Below are positions 11,622 through 21,643 of a stretch of DNA of 64,000 nucleotides, piece after piece. This stretch comes from Paramoeba atlantica (lineage: Eukaryota; Protista; Discosea), in assembly GCA_977017575.1 (NCBI GenBank), contig CDRNVI010000009.1:695649-759648 (forward strand). Reading direction: 5' to 3'. A program made the translations under genes and the position numbers. Below the pieces are notes generated by a model. That model was not told the DNA's origin and searched no databases. It saw only the letters and a program-made list of their open reading frames with translations. Each line of letters opens with the position of its first letter. The first letter of the stretch is position 1.

Positions 11622-14600
11622 ATGAGGAGAAGTCTGATAATATTGCTGTTGCTGTCGAATCTCCTTGGAAGCGATTTACATGACACTACTAAAAACACAT
11701 CGAAGGAGAGCGCCGGACTTCCCAAACAACAAGACGCCGCAAGACTCGGAAATGCTTCTCTCCCCTTTATTGAAAAGGAAGGTAGTTCGAAGAGTCCTCA
11801 GTCGGATGTTCAACATCCAGATACCAAGGAGCATTCGCAGGTTACGGAACCCGCCACGACCCCGCATGGTGTCGCTGATTCGTCTGTTGAAGCACATTTA
11901 CATTCGCCTTCTGAGGAGTTAATCCCTGCGCCTGTGACGATGCTTCCGAAAGATCCGCAACAAAGGCGTCGCTTGTCGATTGATAGCCCTGTTCCACACC
12001 CTGTTCAAGATCGACGCAAGATTGCTCGATCCGGTCGACCATATATTCCGGCCCCCAAATCCGGTCGTAGGAATGCATCACAGCCGTATCCAATGCCTGA
12101 ACGACCAGGTGCATCTTCTCCGGAGGAAAGCCCGCCTCGCTTTGAAGGGGAACTACCTGTGCATCAAATAGGAATTCCAAGGCAGTATATGGGTCCTCCG
12201 TCCAGCACAACGATGCTGGGTCGTTTCCAGTACTCGACACTTCCCTCGTTGCAAACCTCCTTTCAACGCAAAGTGCCGTACGGCGCAGAGCGAATACTCC
12301 GGGAATCTGCCGAGAGCAATCCTTCACGAGACGCTCGTCTAAGGCGCATGTCAGTTTCTAGGGCACAAGAACAACAAAATCTTGATGATACTAACCGGTC
12401 GTCTGTTGGGCGGCAGACACCAGTAACTCCGACTACGGAAAAGACACAAGCACAGCCTGTTTTTAAGGAACCGCAACGTGTACGAAGCTTTGAACTCCGC
12501 GAAACACTTGCTCCCCGACGTAAATCTCAGGAAAAAGTTCTCTCCGCCATCGGAAAATTCGGGTCGAGGCGATCATCCAAGCCTTTGAACGTGGAGGGCT
12601 CCTCTGACAATGCTTCCTTACCTTCACAGACCTCTGTAGAGGAGACTTTTCAAGGACGTCGCATTCCTCCTCCTCGACCTACCTCAGCACCGATTACAGA
12701 ACAAGTACCACTTCGATCGAAGCCGTTAACCTCTGTGTTTTCGCAAAGTACATCTGAACTGAGCAGCCCAACACACCCATCCCAGGGCTCTACCCGAAAG
12801 AAGTCTCCTCGAGAGAAACATGGCATATTTAGCATAAACAGGTATTTCAAACCTCAAGCAACCCCTCCACGAATTGGACGAAAAGAAGGTACATTGCCTG
12901 CGCAGAAAGCTGCGAAACCTCCTGTCGACCCTACAAAGATCACGGGAAAAGAAACCCCGCGAAGGAGGCGCTCGATTGAACCACCGCACGCCCAAAAACC
13001 TGTTCCTCCGATCCAGCGATCTCAAAGCGTCGCTTTGGGAGCCACTCTGTCTTCCTCCGAACCCCAACAACACCGTGGATGGTGGAAGCAAGAATTACAA
13101 AACAAACTAGAGAACGAGGAGCGTGAGTTAAAAACGCGGTCAACCCCACGAGCCAGTCCACGACAGGGTCCGCGTCTGCAACGCACACCGGAGAGTAGTG
13201 CCTCACGAAGTCTCCCTCCCATGACCCCTCCGATGCCTTCTCCTTCCCAAACCCCAAAGAGAAGGGAGTCATTGGGACCGGTAGCATTGCTTACGATGGG
13301 AGGTCTTACTAAAGATAAGCGATTCACAGCCCCCTTGTCCCGACGAAGCAAATACTCCTCCCTCTCGGATGTGCGCCAGTATGTGCAAAAGAAAGAGGCG
13401 GGAGATTTAAGCCCCATATCCAGTTTACCCAACGTCGCGGAGAGAATGCGAGAGCGCTGGGGTAGCGAGCTTCGACGACCACGCTCGATGGCTCCGGAGA
13501 AAATAAATCGTCTGCACTCGTCGCTTTCGAGAAGCAGCTCCTCGAGTGATTTAATGAGGCTGACTCGACCCTCAACGCGCCCGCGGAGGACAGAAAATAG
13601 GATTGAAGAGGAGAGTGAGAATGAGGAAGAAGCTTTGGAGGACCTAGACATGGGTGTGTCATCACCTCATCAACCGAGGAGTCGAGAACTAGCGTCCTCG
13701 TCGAAATTGTCAGACACGGATAGCTCACCGTCGCTTACGCCAGTCTTTGAAGAAAAGGAATCTGAGGAAACTCCAGACTTAGATCCCCGAGAGGCGTTGC
13801 AGTACGCTCTTTCCATTGTCCGAACGACCGTAGAGGGCGAGATTCCGGTGCGACTCCCAGAAGAAAAAGTAACCATCCAACCGCGACAAGACTTCGTGCG
13901 TGAGCTTCTGCTTGTGGATGGGCTTGCCGACGACACGTTAAGCGCTCGGCAGGCAATTCTTGGACAGCATGTACGACACATACTCACACCGCAGCGCTAC
14001 TTCCTGAGTGTTTGCAAAAACTACCTACCCGGTATTGCATACATCATCCACGAGCTACCTCCTTTAGAAGGTTATTATGGTACCCCGATTGCAACATTCA
14101 AGCCCGTAAATCTAGAAATGGGCACAACGATGTTCAGAAAATATCATTCCGGGTACAAGTTTGCATTTCACCGTGCCTTTCCGAAGGGTCAAGGTGTTCA
14201 TCGTGAGATAGCGGCCCATCGTTTGAACTCAATAGTGAATGCGATGACCGCAGTACGCGTGGGTTTCCGTATTCCTACCGGTCTCCCCTTGCGCATTGGT
14301 GGTTTAGGTGGCGGCTACTTACAGGAAAGAGTTCTACCAGTTACCGTTCCCGATTTTCACCACCCCATGTCACTTGACTACATGGTTGATTGTCAAATGA
14401 ACCACATATTCAACCTGCTAACCATGAACTCCTATACGCAAGGCACAATTTACGGTCACATACGAGAGCTCCTAACCGCGGGGGTTATCGCGCAGGAACA
14501 AACCCATGCCGCGCAAACATTTTTTCGTCCCGGTCTGTACAGTACGAACAACGCGTACATTCTCCCAGACACCGAAAAAATGCTGAGTATTACCGATCTG

Positions 14601-15269
14601 TCACTACGCTTAACCAGGACGCCATACCTTGACATTCCATTCCTACCCCCCGTAGATGCCTTTCTCCGTGCGTTAAAAATGGACCAGTTTCAGGAACTGC
14701 TGGAGAATCTGAAGTTCTCGCCTACAATACAAACCAATGTTCAAATCGCGATTCGTGTCATCCAAGCGTGCGCGTTGCGAGGCCTTACTCCGATTCAAGC
14801 CATGCGATTCCTTTACACACAACGTCCTGTTAATTTTTTCGCTATTTTATACATCCGTCTACCGCGGGAAAACGGAGCGTTCAGTGAGGAACAATGGCAA
14901 CACTTTGAACGCATTCTTGATCATTCGTTAAATGAAATCTTTGTACCCAATGCGTACCATTGTGATACGATAGCCCAACCGGACTACAGCAAAAGTCCGA
15001 GGGGCCTTGAGGTTTGTCCCTCACGCCTTCGAACGGGTCCCGACGGACAGTTAATTGATCGTTCTGCGGTGAGCTGGGGCAGAGCTCTCACACACTACGA
15101 GGGGGACGAAAAAGTCATTCCCTCTGCCTACACAAAAATGGCCTTTGAGCACACGGTTTCAGGTTCTAAAATTTCATGGTGGCGACGTTGGCTCTACAAT
15201 ATAAAACAATTTTTGCGGCCCTACGTGTGGAATTTCCGTAGACTCATGCGTGAGGAATACCGGTGGTAG
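11622..15269 (+). CDS. Signal-peptide protein with long disordered region and C-terminal PI4K type II-gamma-like pseudokinase domain (paralog A)
   Basis: MRRSLIILLLLSNLLG signal peptide. Domain motifs: ATFKPVNLE, GQGVHREIAAHRL, GGYLQERV, NNAYILPD, IQACALRGLTP. DRH and DHG motifs are absent. Confidence 0.75.
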   Translation: MRRSLIILLLLSNLLGSDLHDTTKNTSKESAGLPKQQDAARLGNASLPFIEKEGSSKSPQSDVQHPDTKEHSQVTEPATTPHGVADSSVEAHLHSPSEELIPAPVTMLPKDPQQRRRLSIDSPVPHPVQDRRKIARSGRPYIPAPKSGRRNASQPYPMPERPGASSPEESPPRFEGELPVHQIGIPRQYMGPPSSTTMLGRFQYSTLPSLQTSFQRKVPYGAERILRESAESNPSRDARLRRMSVSRAQEQQNLDDTNRSSVGRQTPVTPTTEKTQAQPVFKEPQRVRSFELRETLAPRRKSQEKVLSAIGKFGSRRSSKPLNVEGSSDNASLPSQTSVEETFQGRRIPPPRPTSAPITEQVPLRSKPLTSVFSQSTSELSSPTHPSQGSTRKKSPREKHGIFSINRYFKPQATPPRIGRKEGTLPAQKAAKPPVDPTKITGKETPRRRRSIEPPHAQKPVPPIQRSQSVALGATLSSSEPQQHRGWWKQELQNKLENEERELKTRSTPRASPRQGPRLQRTPESSASRSLPPMTPPMPSPSQTPKRRESLGPVALLTMGGLTKDKRFTAPLSRRSKYSSLSDVRQYVQKKEAGDLSPISSLPNVAERMRERWGSELRRPRSMAPEKINRLHSSLSRSSSSSDLMRLTRPSTRPRRTENRIEEESENEEEALEDLDMGVSSPHQPRSRELASSSKLSDTDSSPSLTPVFEEKESEETPDLDPREALQYALSIVRTTVEGEIPVRLPEEKVTIQPRQDFVRELLLVDGLADDTLSARQAILGQHVRHILTPQRYFLSVCKNYLPGIAYIIHELPPLEGYYGTPIATFKPVNLEMGTTMFRKYHSGYKFAFHRAFPKGQGVHREIAAHRLNSIVNAMTAVRVGFRIPTGLPLRIGGLGGGYLQERVLPVTVPDFHHPMSLDYMVDCQMNHIFNLLTMNSYTQGTIYGHIRELLTAGVIAQEQTHAAQTFFRPGLYSTNNAYILPDTEKMLSITDLSLRLTRTPYLDIPFLPPVDAFLRALKMDQFQELLENLKFSPTIQTNVQIAIRVIQACALRGLTPIQAMRFLYTQRPVNFFAILYIRLPRENGAFSEEQWQHFERILDHSLNEIFVPNAYHCDTIAQPDYSKSPRGLEVCPSRLRTGPDGQLIDRSAVSWGRALTHYEGDEKVIPSAYTKMAFEHTVSGSKISWWRRWLYNIKQFLRPYVWNFRRLMREEYRW

Positions 15270-15579
15270 AGTTAGAAGCCTTCACTTTGTAAATACCTAA
15301 CCAACCATCTTTGAGCTTTTCTGTGTATTTTCATGGTAAGTTTGCGTTTGCGCTCTTATTATCTACTTGCATTTTGTGTATATCCTTTTTTCGTTATTTT
15401 GTACATAACTTTGAACTAGAAGTAGGACGGTTAAACTAAAATTTTGTCGTACCAAATTTTATAAACTAGCATAAGTCGTCTGAACCACTACACTGATAAG
15501 TCAATCACAGGTATCTATAGATTATTTTTACCTTTTCAAAGATTTCTTGCAGTGAATTCCCAGCCTTTTTCTAACGCGA

Positions 15580-17001
15580 ATGCTGATCTTCGTTGGCCTA
15601 CTCAGCTGTCTTGGGCTGTGCTGCCATGAGGAGAAAACGTTTCAAACGAGAACCCCCGTCCCGAGAATTTCGAAACATGGGAACAGAGAGAAATCTCCTT
15701 CCCGTTCGCGGCCAAAAGTTCATGAAAATGTGCGCTCTCTAAGAGAAACATTAGCTCCACCGATGCCGCATGATATTGAAGAGCTCTCCCCCATCCTTCC
15801 CCCACGTGAAGACTCTTCTAACTCCCCTCTTGGGGGTCAACCACTATTCGCGTCGCCTTTCCGACTTGCGACTCAATTCGTATCACCGAATTTTGATAAC
15901 TCTATTTCTCGAGCCGTTCAGTCTCTAGTCGAAGAAAGTTCTCTGAACGAGTTCGAAATAGCTTTGTTGCGCAAAGCTCAAGAAGTGTTTGGCAACAAGC
16001 GGGGCTACCACATTGAAAAGGAGGAGGGACGACCGATGTCAGGCAATTTTTATACCGTCCGTGCATCACATAGAATTCTGGATTTATGGAGTCAGCCGGA
16101 TATTCTATTTAATTTCCGACCAACGAATTTGGAGGTCGGAACACTGAACTACCGCATGCATACTCACGCAGGTCGATTCCCTTTTGAAAAAGAGTACACC
16201 CCGGGGTTAGGTGCCGTGCGAGAATATGCTTCCTATCGACTACATGCCCTAATGGCGGCAAGAGGGTGCAATTTCCTGTTCAGCATCCCTCCAACTATCC
16301 CTGTATGGATTGAAGGCTTTGGTACTGGAATACTACAGCAAGAAGTCCAAAAACCATCACTCGGGTGCTCTACACCCGATCATCCTCCGAATCTTACGGC
16401 GGAATACCAACTACGAGTCCTTTTCCAGATACTAACGTTGAATCCAGAGGAAGACCTGGGCTGCATAGGAAAGCTTTCTTCAAAAACCCGGAGAGAGGAA
16501 GTCCAACGAAACAAACGAAATGCTCTATTTTTTTCAAAGCATATATTGAGTTTTCCCGATTCAAAGCATATCATGAATGTTACCACCATGGGGTTCCGTG
16601 CTCTTAGAGTTCCTTATATGAAGGAGACGTTTGATCCTAAGGTCCGTGCTATAGTTTTGGGCTTGAAAGCAGAAGAGTACGTTCCAATGCTGCGAGTTTT
16701 TGGATTTTCCACAGCAGTGTGTATCAATTTCGAGATAGCACTTGAGGCCATACAGTTCTGTGTAAGGAAAAAGAAGTTTACACCTTTGCAAACGATACGC
16801 TTCGCGCTAACTGAAGAGCCCATTGCTTTCCTTCCCTTTATATTCTCACAACTCGAAGGGAGCGAGGAGGCCGACACACGTACCTTTGTGCGCGAAATGC
16901 TTACTTTGTTTAGCCAGCGAGTCAAGCCGTCTAATAAATACAAGTACGAATACGATGGAGTATCTGAACATGATTACCGAGGCGTGCTCACAGGATGCTA
17001 A
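15580..17001 (+). CDS. Signal-peptide PI4K-gamma-like pseudokinase (paralog B)
   Basis: MLIFVGLLSCLGLCC signal peptide. Motifs: FNFRPTNLE, GLGAVREYASYRL, GILQQEV, KHILSFPD, IQFCVRKKKFTP. Clearly homologous to paralog A. Confidence 0.75.
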   Translation: MLIFVGLLSCLGLCCHEEKTFQTRTPVPRISKHGNREKSPSRSRPKVHENVRSLRETLAPPMPHDIEELSPILPPREDSSNSPLGGQPLFASPFRLATQFVSPNFDNSISRAVQSLVEESSLNEFEIALLRKAQEVFGNKRGYHIEKEEGRPMSGNFYTVRASHRILDLWSQPDILFNFRPTNLEVGTLNYRMHTHAGRFPFEKEYTPGLGAVREYASYRLHALMAARGCNFLFSIPPTIPVWIEGFGTGILQQEVQKPSLGCSTPDHPPNLTAEYQLRVLFQILTLNPEEDLGCIGKLSSKTRREEVQRNKRNALFFSKHILSFPDSKHIMNVTTMGFRALRVPYMKETFDPKVRAIVLGLKAEEYVPMLRVFGFSTAVCINFEIALEAIQFCVRKKKFTPLQTIRFALTEEPIAFLPFIFSQLEGSEEADTRTFVREMLTLFSQRVKPSNKYKYEYDGVSEHDYRGVLTGC

Positions 17002-17662
17002 GTCTCTTCTTTTGCCATGGGTGATAGCCCATGACGTAAAACTTCCCGACCATGGACTGTCACATCTACTCGATACAATGCAGTTTTTCTACTCTCATTT
17101 TTCGTTGGTAGGAAATGGTGCCTTTCTCAGTGGGTATGATTTTTAGACGTTGTATTTCCTGTCGTGAATCAATTTTTTCGCGATCCGGCGCTCCATGCGA
17201 AGAAAAGTTTACGTGATTATTTTTTAGTGCATTATGATGTTCATTGTGCGGAATATTTAGGAGGGGGCTTGAATTTCTTTCCCTAAGAAAGCAAGGTGCA
17301 GCCTTTTCAATGATCCAATAGCATTACGCTTGCAGGATGACTCCCTCTCACTTCCTGGGAAGGACGGCTTATTTGCATTGAATGTAACGTGCAGCAAAAG
17401 GCGATGTGATTTTTGGAGGGACCCAGCGAAGCAAAAAAGGCTCGAATAATTCACTTTTTCAGTGGCTAATGTACTGAATATAATTATTCATGTGTATGCG
17501 ATTGATGTTCGTATGATTGATGTATATTTCGAGACTATTGGTACCGTAGGCTATACGGCCGTTTACACACTATAGCGAGAGATCTATTTTGATAACTTCA
17601 GCTTAAAATGTATATTTTTTCTACACGAGACGGTTTCTATAGAGCTTTTTAAAGAATTTTTT

Positions 17663-20395
17663 ATGCCGCGATTGCTAATTCCCAAGTGCTCCTTTCCGAG
17701 CCCTATCCGCGTGCTCCTGTGCTTAACCCTTTTCTTGTCCGCTACTCGGGCACCCCCTAGAACGGGAATCGGTAACCCTCTCCCCACCCTCACCCCACGC
17801 ATTTCTCTTCCCCCCATCACCGCCGCCGAGGTCCAACCCCGACACCACCAACCCCCTCGTGAGACTCACCCGCACCGCAGCCCCACCTTCGCCCTCCCCC
17901 CCGCCCATGTCACAAACCTTACCCGTTCCTACGAGTCCTACCTGCAACCCCACCCGGGGAGCCTCGAAAATGCGTCCTCTCTCCCCTACGCTCATCCGCT
18001 CACCCACCCCTCCCATGGACCCTCCCGTGGCAGCGCGGACCCCCAGCCCCCACCCCCCCTACGTTGGCTCCCCCCGCGTGAGACCCTTGCGGGCTATCCT
18101 AACCCACAAAGCCGTGGGAATGGGAGTAGCCGTAGCCGTAACCCCCGTGATCCCTATCCCGAATCCCACACAGGCGCCCCGAATCCCCCCGAGGCGTACA
18201 GCCCCGCGCGGGGCGCCTACCCGTGGCCCGGGCCTCCGTTGTACCGTGTGCCGTACCCTACCCCCTGTGGTTCGTCTCCTGAGTCGGTGGATGAGACCAT
18301 GATAAAAGGGGGGCACGGGGGAAGCTCGGAAGAGACAGCGTCCCATCCTTTTTTGAAACGGTATGCTGCTGCTACTGTGGCAGTGGCGAACACTACGGCA
18401 GCTACGACAAGTACAAGTCGTAGTACAACGAATCAAGAAGGGGAGGCTGTGAAGGTGGCTCGACCTACCGCCCATTTGCCCTCTCCGCGTAATCCCCCGT
18501 ATTCCCCGTTTGCGGATGTCCCGGTGGGTACGACCCCGGAGAACCCCGGGAGTCGGTTTCTTTCGCGAGCCCCGAGCCCCGCGACCTTGGGGGGTTCCGC
18601 GGGGGGAAATCTCGCGGGTACCCCTCGTCGTACCATGACGGAGGAGGAGCTGGAGGTACGGCGCGAGCTGGCTGCGATTTTCAACCTCGAGCAAGCCCCC
18701 TGCCCGTCGCCGTTGCCCGATCAGGAGTACGGGGAGCAGTGTATGGGGAAAAAGGGAGCCGGGTCGTGTCCCACAGGGTACGCGAATCCGTTTCCTCAAT
18801 ATGTGAAGGAGGGAAAGTACGGGGAGAATCCTCCGATGGTTTATCCCGCCCCGCAACACCTTCCGCTGGGAAAAGATGAGGCCGAGGAGGGGGACGCGAT
18901 GCAGCATCTTCTCCACGCCCTGGCCGAGGAGGCGGTCGCGACCCATGCCGCGGAGTACCCCGTGAGTCCGCACAGCTTTCGTACCCGGATGGATGCCCCC
19001 GCCAAGATCCTACGTGACTCCCTGGACAATGCCCGGGCCCGGAGCTGTCACGTGGTAAGCCCCCTCGGGACCCACCCGCCCGAAATGGACCCCGCGGTGG
19101 GGTACCTCGTAGAGGCCGTCTCCCAGCGCCTTAGCCAACCCTTTGACTACCGTCTGAAAGCGAAGGAGACGCCCAGCGGGCAGGCCTACGTGATCCAGAA
19201 CGGGTCCTGGGGGGTGTGGCAGCGCGTCCACGAGTACTTCTACCCCAGCCAGGTTGCCCTGTTCAAGCCGCTCGCCCAGGAGCGCGGCAACGCGGTCAAC
19301 CCGCAGGGACGAAAGAACCTCTACGGCGGGGGGGACGGCCACTGCGTGTTCCCCTCCGGGGAGTTCTACCTGCGGGATGCGGTGGCGTACGCGCTGGACC
19401 AGCACAGTGCCGGGGTGTTCCACATCCCGGTGACGACGGTGTCCCACATGGAGGGACTCGGGGAGGGGGTGCTCTCGGAGTATATTACCCCTGCGAATTC
19501 CGATGCCACCCCCCATTTGGGATTGGAACGTACCCGGGCGCGACAATTTCGGCTGTTGTTTGATCTGTTTTTTATGAACGGTGACGCTCGAAGGGAGCCG
19601 ATGTTTGGGAAGAATCTGTGGGCTACACGGCATAGTCCCGGGGAACGGCCCGAGCCGGATGGGGTGGAGGAGGAAGGCTCCATGACCGGAGGGAGCGGTA
19701 CGCGAGGAGGCCGCACGCCGTTGCCTCAGGGTCGTACGGGGCACTACTACTTACACAACTCCTACATCTTACCGGAGACATTTCCACGGTATGATGAGCT
19801 TATTGCGAGTTTTCGAAATGCCTACGGGTGTGGTCGGACCCCTGGAAAAGGGACGCCGGGAAGTCAAGATGGTCGTGGCTCCGTTCCCAATGTGAGCGCG
19901 GGCTCCGAGGATAGTGACGCCTACGAGCTCGAGTCCTGGCACCCCGATGTGTTGCGCTTCCTGAACTCGATTGAAGACCCATGGTACAAGTACTACTCCG
20001 TACTTCGTCGGTTTGGATTCTCCTCGCAGACAATTTCGCGAGTCGCGTTGTCGGTGTATACTGTGCAGCGCTGTGCGGCGTCGGGCTTAACTCCGGACGA
20101 GATTGTACACTTTGCTTATACCTCTGCTCACCCCTTTATGCCTTTCGTGTTTCGGTTATTATCGGGGCTGGAGAAAGGGGTGGGGACTCGGGAACAAGTG
20201 TTGCGTGCTCCCCAAGTCATTCATCGAGTGTTGGAAGGATCTTTACAGGCGTTTAAGCGAGAGACAGCGTCGAATTCTCACGAGCAGGGTTCCGCCAGGT
20301 CGAAGTCCTATTTTTCCCTGTTTTCAAGGGAAAAAGTACCAGAATCCCATGGGAGTTATTATGACTTACAGCGTAAAGCAGATGGATGGTGGTAG
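17663..20395 (+). CDS. Signal-peptide PI4K-gamma-like pseudokinase (paralog C)
   Basis: Hydrophobic N-terminus VLLCLTLFLSA and a Pro-rich region. Motifs: GQAYVI, ALFKPLAQERGNAVNPQG, GEFYLRDAVAYALD, FHIPVTT, FMNGD, HNSYILPE, VQRCAASGLTPDEI. Confidence 0.8.
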   Translation: MPRLLIPKCSFPSPIRVLLCLTLFLSATRAPPRTGIGNPLPTLTPRISLPPITAAEVQPRHHQPPRETHPHRSPTFALPPAHVTNLTRSYESYLQPHPGSLENASSLPYAHPLTHPSHGPSRGSADPQPPPPLRWLPPRETLAGYPNPQSRGNGSSRSRNPRDPYPESHTGAPNPPEAYSPARGAYPWPGPPLYRVPYPTPCGSSPESVDETMIKGGHGGSSEETASHPFLKRYAAATVAVANTTAATTSTSRSTTNQEGEAVKVARPTAHLPSPRNPPYSPFADVPVGTTPENPGSRFLSRAPSPATLGGSAGGNLAGTPRRTMTEEELEVRRELAAIFNLEQAPCPSPLPDQEYGEQCMGKKGAGSCPTGYANPFPQYVKEGKYGENPPMVYPAPQHLPLGKDEAEEGDAMQHLLHALAEEAVATHAAEYPVSPHSFRTRMDAPAKILRDSLDNARARSCHVVSPLGTHPPEMDPAVGYLVEAVSQRLSQPFDYRLKAKETPSGQAYVIQNGSWGVWQRVHEYFYPSQVALFKPLAQERGNAVNPQGRKNLYGGGDGHCVFPSGEFYLRDAVAYALDQHSAGVFHIPVTTVSHMEGLGEGVLSEYITPANSDATPHLGLERTRARQFRLLFDLFFMNGDARREPMFGKNLWATRHSPGERPEPDGVEEEGSMTGGSGTRGGRTPLPQGRTGHYYLHNSYILPETFPRYDELIASFRNAYGCGRTPGKGTPGSQDGRGSVPNVSAGSEDSDAYELESWHPDVLRFLNSIEDPWYKYYSVLRRFGFSSQTISRVALSVYTVQRCAASGLTPDEIVHFAYTSAHPFMPFVFRLLSGLEKGVGTREQVLRAPQVIHRVLEGSLQAFKRETASNSHEQGSARSKSYFSLFSREKVPESHGSYYDLQRKADGWW

Positions 20396-20791
20396 CTTAA
20401 GTGAGGCTTTTCGATTTTTTTTCGGTTCGATTATTTTCATACACGTCACATTTTTAAATCGCCGCGAGACGTAGATTATGCTTTACGTGTTAATTACGCA
20501 CCTCAGATCCCCTGTTCAATATCTCACAAATAAGTCACCGCAAGAACATATAGAAAACTGGTTCTGGGTGTCCGAATATCTATATCGCATACATGTGTTG
20601 TAGGAATTAATTGTGTTGTAGGAAATAAAGGAAGAGTATTCAAATTTACATAAAGTTTTAAAAGTGTCTCGTAGCGGATACTAATTCTTTTTGTCCGAAA
20701 TCTGCGCGATGAGTTGGTAAGCATTGAATTCACGCAGAAGTTAGAAAAATAATTTATCCCAAAATCGACTTTTTATAAACCCCTTCTTTCC

Positions 20792-21283
20792 ATGTCAGAC
20801 ACACCCACGCAGGAGACGCAAACAGCCGTAAATCCGACGTCAGAGCAAGATGATACTTCCATAACAATGAAGAATACATCTGGCCCTTCTATGCGCGATG
20901 TGTTCTTCGGATCCTCCGGCTTCCCCCAGCCCTGCCTTTGTTGGGGACTCACCTGCTATGGCTTTAGCGCTGCCATGTCCGTCACAAATCAATCTAGACC
21001 TTTTACTACGCTGAGCATGTGGATGGCGGGCACATATTTCTTCATAAATGGTGTTAACCGAGCTCAGGCTGAGAAGCTCGGCGAAAATATTCCTCGGAAG
21101 GGCTGGTCTGTGCGTAAGGAGTATGGAAATAACGCCGTGGCCGCGACACTATGGATGGCGTGTTCGCTGCGGCAATTTATGATCCATCGCCGTCTGGCGT
21201 ACGCCGGGTTAAGTAGTTGGACTGGATTCGGGCTTACAACATACTATGGATTTCGATATCTCCTAACCCCAGACGAGGAATAA
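20792..21283 (+). CDS. Small multi-pass membrane protein, unknown function
   Basis: 163-aa ORF after a pyrimidine tract, with about four hydrophobic segments. Confidence 0.6.
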   Translation: MSDTPTQETQTAVNPTSEQDDTSITMKNTSGPSMRDVFFGSSGFPQPCLCWGLTCYGFSAAMSVTNQSRPFTTLSMWMAGTYFFINGVNRAQAEKLGENIPRKGWSVRKEYGNNAVAATLWMACSLRQFMIHRRLAYAGLSSWTGFGLTTYYGFRYLLTPDEE

Positions 21284-21643
21284 TTTCGCTATCTCCGAAA
21301 TGTGTGAAAAACGCAACGTGGAGAGGAAGCACTTCTACTAATTGGCATTTATTTCGGTTTTACATTGATGCTCTCAGGAGTCAACATTTCAAATGATTAG
21401 TAGACGTAGTCAGATGATGTCAGAACAATATTGGTTAAATGCTTTTGAACACCAGTGGTACCCTATATTTTTTCAGAGTTAGTGTTTTTTGAGAGCGTAT
21501 AATTATGAATCTAATTCTTCTGACTCGCAAAATAGAAACAAGAAGTCTTGCATCTTTCTTTAAACTCAACTATGTAAAATATATCCCGACGAGCCGAACT
21601 CTACACCTTGATAGCTAGCAAAGCGCCAACCCTTTGTTCCTCC

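Noticed and set aside
17723-20033. Long antisense and alternative-frame ORFs over GC-rich genes (also 52773-53333, 56032-56931 and 58232-59376)
   Set aside because: They are shadow ORFs caused by high GC and skew, are low in complexity, and overlap well-supported CDSs.
20792-21283. AIM19 or Tim17 assignment for the small membrane protein
   Set aside because: The resemblance is too weak to name a family.
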